Shown here one piece after another: positions 48,811-59,289 of a DNA stretch of 64,000 nt. The notes under the pieces are model-generated. The model searched no databases. It was not told where the DNA came from and saw only the letters and a list, made by a program, of their open reading frames with translations. The stretch comes from Psammoneis japonica. Lineage: Eukaryota. How positions within the stretch are numbered: the first letter of the stretch is position 1; the number at the start of each line of letters is the position of its first letter. The position numbers were made by a program, and so were the translations under genes. The DNA is taken from assembly GCA_008632985.1 (NCBI GenBank), contig QPGO01000200.1, positions 62,001-126,000 of the forward strand, given 5' to 3'.

Positions 48811-50139
48811 GTGATGGAGGTGGATGAGAAGAGGAAGAAAGGACAGAAGCAAGCTTTGGAGACGCAACACAACATTTGCAAGCATTGCTGCAACACAGAC
48901 ATTGTGCCACCAGGTGCATTTGGCGAAATCCCAATGAGTGTTGTGGGATGTGTTGGAGGTGGCCGTGTGGAGCACTTGACAAATCTGAACCTTTTTGAAA
49001 CTGCAATGGTGGCACATGCAACAACAAAGCATGCCTTGAAAGACAGCAGCATTGACAATGCTGGCAATGCTGCAATGTTGGTGGGTGACTTGGAGCCAGA
49101 GGAGGATGGTGCCATGTGTGTTGGAAATTCAAACAGAACAAAAACTGATGTCTTGTTTCAAATGCAAAGTCAGCATTTGACAGCTCAAAGTGCAAAAATC
49201 AGGATCTTGTTTGTGCCTCATTGACAGGTGTCATGGATGTGGTGCACTTCTTTTTTGACAGCAGCACTGCAAGAAACTCAGAATCAGAATCATGTGCAGC
49301 AGTCACGGCAGCATCTTGATGCAGCAAGGCTCTTCCAATCACTTGGCAATGTCAATGATGCAAAAAAGGAGATGCAGCTGCATCTCAAAAAGTCTCAAGT
49401 TAAGGGCAACGAGAACAAATTGCTGGATGTGAGTGCCATTGATGTGTGTGCATGTTGTTGTTGTTTTGTCTTCATCAAAATGTTGTTTCTCCTTTTTCTG
49501 CCTGTCACGTCTGAAAGGACATGAAGAGGATCAAAATGCTGATCAAGCAAGGGAGTCATCAAAGAGGATGGTGCAAGGAATGGCAAGTTTTGCCATTGTT
49601 GTTTTGTCATCATTGAAATGTTGCTCACTCCTTTTGCCATCATCTGAAAGGATGCACAAGAGAATCCAGTGGCTGATTAAGCAAGGGGGTCACCAAAGGA
49701 TGCAGGTCAGGATCCGGGCTCACAATTGGTCCGCTGTGGCTTTTGTGATTGCCCCAGGCCTGATGAGCCTGTTGGGACAAGAGATGAGGCAAAACACCAT
49801 GATTGCAATTGTGGGTTTGGTTTGTGGTCATCAAACAAGTGCTGGAACTTTGAAAAGTGTCATTGTTGCTTGCACAGTGTTGGGTGCCATGCATGCCTTG
49901 ACAAGTGCAACATGACATTGTTGACTTGCAGCCACCAAGATTGTTGCGGCAATGTGCAACTTCATTTTTGCATCAGAGACTTGCATGATTCACAGGAAGT
50001 CCAGATGCATGGACAATGGATGGCAATGCACATCACATTAGAAAGCAAGGAGTGACACCAGGAATGGGAACTCTTCCATGAGTGTTTGCATTTGCAGCTG
50101 TCCCGCCAGCCCCTGTCAAATTCACTCTGCTGCAGGCAT

Positions 50140-51060
50140 TGCTCAAGAAGTGTTTGGACTTGTGGGACAATCAATGACAATGACATTGTCTGCAGAATCA
50201 GAGCTTTTTTGTGGTGCTGCTTTTGTTTCCATGGCCCTGGAGAGCAGATCCAAATCCGCATTCAGACATCCAACCAATGCTGCAATTGCGCACCAAAATC
50301 CCAATGTGTTTTGCTCAAGTGGGCATTGCTCCAGCAATGCTCAGAACAGTGGGACAACAAATGGTGGTGACAACATCTGCAGAACAAGCACTTTCCAATG
50401 GTGTCACTTTTCTTTCCATGCCTTGAGTGCATCCAATTCTGCTTTGAGACATCCAGATGGACCCACATTTGCGGACAACAAATGGCAGTGACAACATCTG
50501 CAGAACAAGCATTTTCCAATGGTGTTGCTCACATTTCCATGCCTGAAGCACATCCAATTCTGCTTTGAGATCTCCAGATGGCCCCGCATTTGCACGCCAA
50601 AATCCTGATGCGATTTGCTCAAGTGGGCATTGCTTTGACAATGCTTGGAATTGTGGGACAACAAATGGCAACAACAACATCTGCAGAATGAGAGCTTTTC
50701 AATGGTGTTGCTTGTGTTTCCATGCCTGCAGCAGATTCAATGCTGCTTTGAAATCTCCAGATGGCCCCACATTTGTGCGCCACACAATCCCAGTGCTTTC
50801 CAACAGTGTTGCTTTTGTTTCCACACCCAAAGCACATCCAACTCTGCTTTGAGATCTCCACATGGCCCCGCATTTGCACGCCAAAATCCCAGTGCAATTT
50901 GCTTAAGTGGGTGTTGCTTCAGCAACACTTGGAGTTGCTGGGCAAAAAATGGCAATGACAACATCTGCAGAATGGGAGCTTTTCAAAGATGTTGCTTGCA
51001 TTTCCACACCCCATGGATCCAATTCTGTTTTGGGGTCTCCAAATGACAACACACTTGTGC
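50140..51060 (-). pseudogene. Decayed leucine-rich-repeat (BspA/LRR_5-like) gene seen as ~190-bp tandem repeats
   Basis: Repeated acaacatctgcagaa..ttccaatggtg units. Minus-strand reads TIGKCLFCRCC..L and IPSIVK, like the BspA consensus IPxSVxxIGxxAFxxCxxL. Confidence 0.55.
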
Positions 51061-53399
51061 ACCAAAACCCTCTGGCTGGCCAGCTGGCAGCAGGCATTTT
51101 GCTGGCACACCTGCAACATCATGTCACGGCTCCCCAGGGAAGCAACACTCTGTGGCACAGGCATTGCTGACACATGCCTGCAACAGCAGGTCTCAGATGG
51201 TGGCTGCTCCAGATGTTGCAAAGCCTTGATCTGCGGACACACTGATGACATTGCAATCAAGGGACTTTGGTGCATGATCCCTTGTTTTAATCTGCTGACA
51301 CAGGGTGCCATTCAGATGCAATTGCAGGCTTGCAGACGGGCACGCAAACATTCACTCACCCTCACATGCACTGCCCTCACAAAGGTGTGTTGTTGCATTT
51401 GTCAAGAAATGCATTGCACGGGTTTGAGCAAACATGCGATCTGCACCAATGCCAAGCTTCTTTGCACTTTACATTGTCAGCAGCGGGAACAGCCAGCTGC
51501 TTGGGCCATTTGCACATCCAAGTTCAATTGATTCATGGGCACTGCTGTTGAGGTTGTCATTTTCATTTTCCAGTCCAGTTGGCAATTCACAGCCCAATGT
51601 CAGAAGAGGTTCATGTCATGTCCTCACATGCAAAACCAACACCCACTGAACATGAAGTCAGCACATGATGTGAAGACACATCCAAGTCTCTGCAAATGCA
51701 AATCACAAATGCAGTTGTCCCACTGGCTCCACTGATGCAGAGTCCAATCTTGCTCATGAGCTGATGTGGGGATGCATGTCACCAACATCATGCCACATGG
51801 ACCACACTGAGACAGCATCTTAATGGCATGTGTGTGATGATGCCGGTCATCCCAGATTGAAGATGGATTGCTGCATCACACAGGCCACGTGAAGAGCTTT
51901 TGTGCCCCATCATCTGCACTGACTGGTCCAGACCCAAGGCGGCAACATCGGCAGACAGAGACATCAGCAAAGGAGCACATGTCGAGCTCCAGTTGTTTGG
52001 GCATGCCAAGGTGGTTCCATGACACCTTGTGCCGCATTCCATGTGTTGTTCACATTTTCTCCTTCTTGAGACAGTGGCACATTTTGTCATGGAACATTGG
52101 GAAGTGTGGTGCCCACATTGCCATTGCTTCTGGCCTGATCAAGCGGCAGAGGAATCTCTCATCCAGATGCATCACAAGAAACCTGCATCCCTTCTCCTGC
52201 TCATTCTCAGAACCACCAAAATCCATTGAATTGGCAAGCTTTTTGCAAGAAAGAGCCATTGACATTTTGGACAGCATGCACATCAAACGCTCTTCTGCAA
52301 AATGGCAGAAGCTTCCATTGTGATTCTGACCCCTGTTTTGAGGAACTCAGACATCCTTGTCCAACTCAAAATTTTGCAGCAAAGCCTGAAGTTTGTCCTT
52401 TGTCAGCCTTGTTGTCTCCTGTTTGGCTCTGTTGTTGCATTGCAATGCATCAATTGTTTTTTGGAGTTAGATGACCAGACATTGCTCCTTCTTCATCTAA
52501 GTCCAGCAAGGCTGAATCCAGCTCAGCACACACAATTGCCAGACCAAAGCAATTGCGTGCTTTTGCAAGGTGCTGGATGGTGAGCAAAAGTGGGAATGTG
52601 ATGGACCATGTTGCCAATGAGCCCCAATTTTTTGCATTGCATTCAGCACACTCTTGCCCATGCCAAGCTGCATCTGATGACTTTGAAGATGCAAATCCAG
52701 ATCCTTGCTTCTGCACCTGCTTTGCACTCATGAGCTCTTTGACCTTAGATGACATTGTGGCCTTTTTCTTTCATGGCAAGCTCCACCCAGAAATTTTGTG
52801 CCTCCTCCCTGTTACAGGATTGCACAAAAAAAGCTTGGTTGATTGTTTCTTTGCAATCGCACTGCATCTTCAAGCCTCTGCTCTCTGCTTCTTGTTTGCA
52901 GAAAGGCTGGTGCAAAACCTGTGGAAAAATCTGGCGCGGGCTCCTTTTCATGAAATGATGGACACGACTGAATGCAAATGACCTCAACGTGCTTCTCATT
53001 CCTGAACAACAGCTGCGTTTGCATCTTGTGTTGCACATTGGAAACCATCTGCCTTAACACGTCATCATCAGAAAGAACTCAAATGATGTCATCAGTGTGA
53101 CATCAGGGTTCCTTCTCATGCCATCAAATGTCATGCAGTGGCCCTGGGTGCTCTGGAGCAGAGAGTGTGCAGCAGAGAGTGGCTGTCTGCCTTTAGAGGG
53201 CACTGCTTGCCAAACATGCTGCCAGTGCACCCATCATCATTGCAGTGCTGTTGCTCGTGTGCATTGCATTGTGAGTGAGGGGAAAATGTGGCTGCACTCT
53301 CTCTCTGCCACCGGTGCGGCACAGAGATGCCATGCAGAGCATGCAGCGAGAGAGTCAGTTGGAGCATTGGTGCTGCCCACTTTCACCTTGGCACCTTTC

Positions 53400-54132
53400 A
53401 CCTGCATGATGCAACTCATCCAGCTCACCCCAGCTGCCTCTGTTGCCTCCCCTCTTGGATACCAACACCTTGCAATCGACGTCACCACCCCCAAAAACCT
53501 CCCCCATCACCTGCTCCTGGCTTGCCTGCCCCAACGCAGAGGCACACCACATGAGCACCAAACGGGGAAGTTCAACAGAACCCATGAAACCCAAAATGAA
53601 GCCACCCTTGCATCCACTCTCAACAACGCTGGCATCTGCCTAATTCCTTTCACCATCAACCACATGGGAGCCCCTGGCCTCTTCGCTCGTCGCCCACTTT
53701 TCGGGGCCAACCAAGAACACCCCATCCCTGCCCCCCACCGGCCCCTCCCTGGACTGCTGAATCCTCCTTCCAACACCCAGCCACCCATGCTGCATGCACT
53801 CACGCCCAACTGTCACCATCTGCCATTCTCCCTGCAGCTGTTGCCGCTTGGCAGAACATGTCCAGCCACTGCGAACTTCGGCCTCACCCAGCCACCACAC
53901 TTCCACTCCATCACAATGGGGCCTTCAAAGCCTGAGCCTGGCAATTGCCAGATCACTCGCTGACCAACTGACCCGATGCTCCACCAAACTACAATCCCAA
54001 CTCTCCAACCCCAATCCGAAACCCATCCCTTTTCCTGCCTGCATGACTCAGTCAGTGCAGTGCGCAGGCAGCACTGCAGTTCCACCCTTGCTCCGCGTCT
54101 GTCCCACCCCCGCGCCACTCTCTACTAGGTGA
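53400..54132 (+). mobile_element. Decayed 3' end of a second RLE-type non-LTR retrotransposon
   Basis: LAIDVT..H..E..KF..LIPFTINHMG, resembling LLPFTFDHLGG in the element at 6.7-8.0 kb; C-rich sense strand. Confidence 0.55.
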
Positions 54133-54330
54133 CATTGCACGTGAACTCCGCGCGCGTCGCGCGTACTACTACCGTACTTACTACCTATCCATGACTCCAG
54201 TCTGCCTGGTCTGCTTGGTGTTTGGTGTTGTGTGTTGCAATATTATAAGGTGTTGTGTCCGCCATAGCCATTACAAATTACAAGTCCTCGTGTCTCAGCG
54301 GTCTGTTGATCCATTTAAAAATACGTTAAA

Positions 54331-54844
54331 ATGAGTTATCGCGAAGATGAAGAACTGGAGGGAGAAGAAGAAGAGGCCGTCTCCGTCCCTCAACAGGTTG
54401 CCGAGTTGGCTCAGGCTAGTGTGCCCGATTCAATGAAAGGCATCCGTGCATGCAAGCGTTGCGGTATCCTGAAGACATTAGATCAATTCATCGTTGAAGG
54501 GTGTGAGAATTGTCCCTTTCTCGAAATGGTGCGAAAACTGCTGTTTGTTGCTACCTCGATTTATCTTGTGCGCCTGTGTTCATTGCCGTGTCTGCCTATT
54601 ACGTTGTGTTAACGTGTTGCAGGTGGACAACCCCGAGCGATCCAACATGTGCACTACCGCATTTTTTGAGGGCCGGGCCGCTATTATGGATCCCCGTGAG
54701 AGCTGGGCTGCAAAGTGGATTCGTACGGACAACTATCTTCCTGGCGTGTATGCAATATCTGTCACTGGTCAGTTCGACAGGGAAATTGAAGAAGATTTAG
54801 AGAATCGTGGCATTCGTTGGCGGTGTCGACCAGCGCCAGCCTAA
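54331..54844 (+). CDS. SPT4: Transcription elongation factor SPT4; intron 54529-54622
   Basis: RACKRCGILKTLDQFIVEGCENCPFL; CTTAFFEG..MDPRESWAAKW..PGVYAISVTG. Confidence 0.95.
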
Positions 54845-55805
54845 AAAAATTGCTAGTACGGGACCTGTGACTCGGGTTCAGTGTTGCTGGAACTCTAGCG
54901 GTTGCTATGCTGCAATTGAGACCGTATAATATGGCGGCATGACTTGACTTCGTGATGGTGGCGGTGCGATAGGTTCGTCTTTCTCATAAGGAAGGTAGTA
55001 ACTACCAGGTGTCTGGATATCAAGTATTGCTTCGGCTCACTAACTAGAGTGCACGCTTGGCCGCGATGAACTTCGCTTTAAGATTGTCGGAATCTGAACG
55101 ATCCCGTGCAGTCCTGGTCACAACTACAAGCATTCTACAGCGTAGCGATTGCTCTCGGTCGTTTCTAGTGAACTTATATTTCTGTTTGCTTTCCGAATGG
55201 CCCAGACTCGTTGAGAATGTATTGCATTTTGACCACGTCTACCACGTCAGGAGGGATTCACTTTCTTCCGGCATCAGTGTGACTTTCAATTGTTATTTAC
55301 CACTCTCGTGGACTATGAAATCTACTTTGAACTTGCTTAGGCTGACACACACCGGATGTCGGAGTGGTGGATCTGAGATCTGCGAATGATTTTATGCGTT
55401 GCTTTTCTGCCTGCAGAATTTGCTCTCGCCGGGGCGCCGCTTGCGTGCGAGCGCGCTCATGAGTGTGCGAATTCGGGTTGGCAGGGTTGACTACCAAAAA
55501 TACCGGGACTGACATAAGAAAAATACCAAATTTGGTACTGTTGGTATGTCAATCCAATAGAGTATCTCTGTCAAGCCGGGCCGGCGCCGGCCGAGCGCGA
55601 GAAACGCGCGTCTGTCATACGTCCGTCTCGCGCCAATGCCATCTCGCTCTGTTCTCAAGCATCCATCACGAGTTTACCATACGTACCGGTACGGTAGTAG
55701 GGCCCTACATGCACTGCCACAATATGAGATGAGACACTACACCATAAACCCTCTTGTCAAAAAGAATCCTTTTGCGACGATCATCTGAAGCTACTTCTAT
55801 CAACA

Positions 55806-56072
55806 ATGCCGAAGAAATTCGAAAGTGAAGAGGAAAAGAGAGAGTACAATAGGAAAGCGAAGGCCAAACAACGCCAAAGGGAAAAGGAAGAGGAGGAAGA
55901 GAAACAGGAATTGGCTGACAAGCAACAAGCCGCGTCATTGGGAATAAGTGTGGAGGAATTGCGCAAGCAACGCCAAGAGCAGAAAGAAGCCGAGGCCAAG
56001 CGACGCAAAGAAGAAAGCAAAGCCAAGGCTTTGAAGAAAAGGGCCTGGATCAAGGATCGAGGTCGAGCCTAA
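55806..56072 (+). CDS. Small highly charged coiled-coil protein
   Basis: 88-aa K/E/R-rich ORF with an ATG in a caacaATG context. Confidence 0.65.
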   Translation: MPKKFESEEEKREYNRKAKAKQRQREKEEEEEKQELADKQQAASLGISVEELRKQRQEQKEAEAKRRKEESKAKALKKRAWIKDRGRA

Positions 56073-56267
56073 GTCAAGCGCGGCGGCGCGCGCCGTTTCC
56101 CGCCATTATATTATATTCCAGCTTTCCACCACTCAACCGCACACGCACACGACACACGAGGCCTTCAAAATAAATTAAACCCCGTCCTAATACTCTCCAG
56201 CTCATCGCATGTTGACACGGCAAGATAGAGATTGACACGTGGTTAAGCTTGCGCTGTGGGTGAAAGA

Positions 56268-57248
56268 ATGATGACCAGTTTTTCTGTGGTTGTGTCTGCT
56301 CTTGCAGCTTGCCATGTCGAAGCGTTTTCATGTCTGGATTCGCAAAGGGTCGAATTGACACGAGAGATTTGAATGTTGGCGATAAATCTGAAATCCCCTC
56401 TCGTCGCGACGTGTTCAAGGAATCAGTTGGGGTGCTAACTGCGAGTGGTCTTGGATATTCGCTATTGCTTCAACCTGCGACTGCCGTGACTGGTGCCCAA
56501 GACGGAAATCTCCCCGATCTTCCTCCGGATGGCGTTCGAAGCTATCTTCAATACCGTGTTGGTTTGCAAATTTCTGCTGATTTCTATTTGTGGGAATTGC
56601 AGGATATGTGTGGGGATACGGACAGGTGGGGAGAGCTGCAACAGATATTTAGTGCCAGCAATAACAGAGGACAAGGCCTCCCTAGTCGTGCCGAGCGTGA
56701 CTTCTACAATCCCATGAGGATTCTGAGCTTGAGCTTTCCACCAGATGTTGGAGATGCGCTGAGGGATGATCAGTTCAAGTTCGAAAAGGCGATGTCAATG
56801 GTAACGAAAGCAACAGCCGGGATACGCAGAGACCTGCCTGTAGAAATTGACAGGGGAAGTGTCGTCTCTGCCAAAGAAGGATGGGAACTTGGGAGGGTAG
56901 CTCTCAATGACTTCTTCAACACTCTCAATGAAGCGACTGGACTTTCGGAATTGAAAGGGATCCCGCCATCTGGGCCCAATCAGACTAGTGAGTATGGAAG
57001 GAGCCAACGCAGATATTTTGAGCTGATGAAGAAAACGAAGCTATGCCAGAATAGGGGCGGTCCTACCCTATCTCAGGCATGGGGACAACTGATGGTACGT
57101 GAACAAGTGTTGCCTATCTTGGAAAAATGTGTTCCTTGACCAAGCACATTTAATGAAGTGTGGTCTTCCTCCTCTCGTGTCACAGGTAAGCGGTTACATG
57201 CAAGATTCGTGCGGAATCCCTGATTTGGAGAAATATTTCTATCAATAG
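56268..57248 (+). CDS. Putative plastid/thylakoid-targeted hypothetical protein; intron ~57094-57186; apparent 1-nt frameshift near 56340-56365
   Basis: Signal-like MMTSFSVVVSALAACHVEAF from ATG 56268 lies one frame off ORF 56309..57139, which has a twin-arginine-like SRRDVF plus a hydrophobic stretch ending ATA. Last exon VSGYMQDSCGIPDLEKYFYQ*. Confidence 0.7.
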
Positions 57249-57659
57249 ATCGGAGCTCGCCATAGGAGCACGGCACGTTCAGTTTTTCTGGAGCCTCTTT
57301 TAAGTCAGAACCAGTGTCCCTTAAAGGCGATTATATTTAGCCTGCTAAGTCGTCGTGCGTGTATAGTGCTGTCATCACACACATCATGGTGTCCCCACTC
57401 TCATGAAATCCGTACAATGTTTCGTCCGTCCGACAGCCTTGCTGATTCGTTGCTTGCCAAAAAAGAAGCACCACCTTGACCTTCACTGTGTTTGTCACAC
57501 AGAACGATGACACTGCCCTTGTTGGAACTCAACAACACAAGGCTTCAAAGATCAATGCGACGTGTCCGATGTGGCAACCAGTGCGATGAGAAATGAAGTC
57601 TGCTTTGAGCAGTGCAATTCAGCACTGACACCCTGAGAAACCCCTGTGAGATGACAGAA

Positions 57660-59190
57660 CCTCGGCAATGTTTTGGGCAAAGTGCCTTGTGGTTTTGGCT
57701 GGCTGCAGTGTTGACAAACAGCAAAATGACTTGAGTGCTTCACCACAAGAAAGTGATTGTGCTGATGCTGTTTGTTGGAACGTCAGGACATTTTTGAGAA
57801 AAAGCTGGCAGCAGGCCTTTTGTGGGCAACAGGTTGAGAAATGTGGCAGCTTGCCGAGCAGTGCAACAAATCATTTGATCTCAGCAGCAATGTGTTGTTG
57901 ATTCTTGATGCCAGCCAGGTGAAAAAAGCAAATGCTCCCCCCAGCAGCTGCACCTCCCAGTGGCAGCAGCAAGCGGTCTGCCTCTTTTTCGGGGTTTTTC
58001 TCTGGTTGCTGGTGGTTGGGTGCCAAGTGCCAAAAAACAAGAGGCAGCCTCTTGTGCTCCCCTTGGTGCCTGTGCAGACCAAGCTGTTCTTTCATCCTGT
58101 TTTTGCACCTTGATGAAGTGCTTCTTTTGTGCAAACCAGCAATGTGCCAAGGTCTTTGCTGCTGCTGCTGCTGCTGCTGCTTTTGGCTGAGGCATTTTGC
58201 CAAGAGAGCAAAGGCTGTGCTGTGTGGGGCTGGGCAAGCAGCACTGAGACAAAAAATCTCTGCTGCACCTCATCTGCTGCCAGGGAGGCACAGCACTCTG
58301 TGCCACAGCTGCTGCCAGGTGGCAGCTCTTGATGCTTAAAAAAAGAGGGAGCCAGCCCCACACACACACACACAAACATGATGCTCCTTGGGCCACCCGT
58401 GCCAAGTGTGGCAACCACTGGTGTTTGTGACATCTCAAAGACCCAGGTGCAGATGGAGTTGCAAAGGTTTCACAAAAGCAGCATCATTCATGGCAAAGCA
58501 CACAGCAAATGCATCAAAGCACTTTTTTCTCATGGTGTTGCCCCCACACTGGAGAGCTTTTTGTTCTGCCTTGTTTGGCTGTGCTGTGTGGCAAAGAAGA
58601 AGCATTGCTGAGCAGAAATCCAAAAAGCAAAAAACAAAAGGTGGGGGCTCACTTTGCTTCTTGAGCACACATGAAAAATTGGATCCCAAAGAACAAACAA
58701 CCAGCCCCCAGCAGTGAGACATGCACCAGTTTGCCCCCAGCCAGACTGCTGCAGAGTTGACAACACTGCCTGTGTGGCTGCATGCCACAAAACATGTCCA
58801 GACACAATGCATTTTTGGCAGAGAGGACACCATGCTTGGATGTAGGTTGCAAATGATGTTGACTGCAATGCATGTCCAAATGTGGCAAACAAAAATTGTT
58901 TGCTCATCCTGTTGGAGTGAGAAGTGTCTCTGCTTCTGGGGCTCAGACTTGTGAAATCACAAGTGTCCTGCAAAATGATGAAGCACATTGTGATTGGTGT
59001 CCTCATGGTCAACAATTGCCCTGGAATGGTGAGCCAGCCCCTTTTGTTGGTTCTCTGCTCTTTCCCTTGGCTTTGCCAATCTTGTCTTTTTTCAAGGTGT
59101 CCAGAACATTCTTGTTCTCATTGTTCTTGTTCCTTTTTTTGCTGGTCACACCAAATCCATTGGCCAGATTGTTTTCAGCACTGTTTCTGC
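57660..59190. repeat. Copy A of a ~1.5-kb repeat (possible LTR-like direct repeat)
   Basis: Colinear with 61570-63060 and 63060-64000, e.g. gcagtgcaacaaatcatttgatctcagcagcaatgtgttgttgattcttgatgccagccagg. Confidence 0.9.
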
Positions 59191-59289
59191 CTGAATCTGC
59201 ACTGTCAAGATCCTGGGTCATGGATTCATGCTGGCTGGATCTGCCACCTGCTGTTGGTGGCTTTGCAGCTTCCAGACATGTGTGCTCTT

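Larger units (their letters stand above)
45450..53400. mobile_element. Decayed repeat/pseudogene block, depleted of CpG and TpA
   Basis: No coherent ORF; near absence of TA and CG; contains tandem arrays and a LINE end. Confidence 0.6.

Noticed and set aside
58155..58375. (GCT)n and (AC)n microsatellites, also present in copy C
   Set aside because: Ordinary slippage repeats inside the decayed repeat unit; the poly-Q/A/C ORFs they create are not credible.
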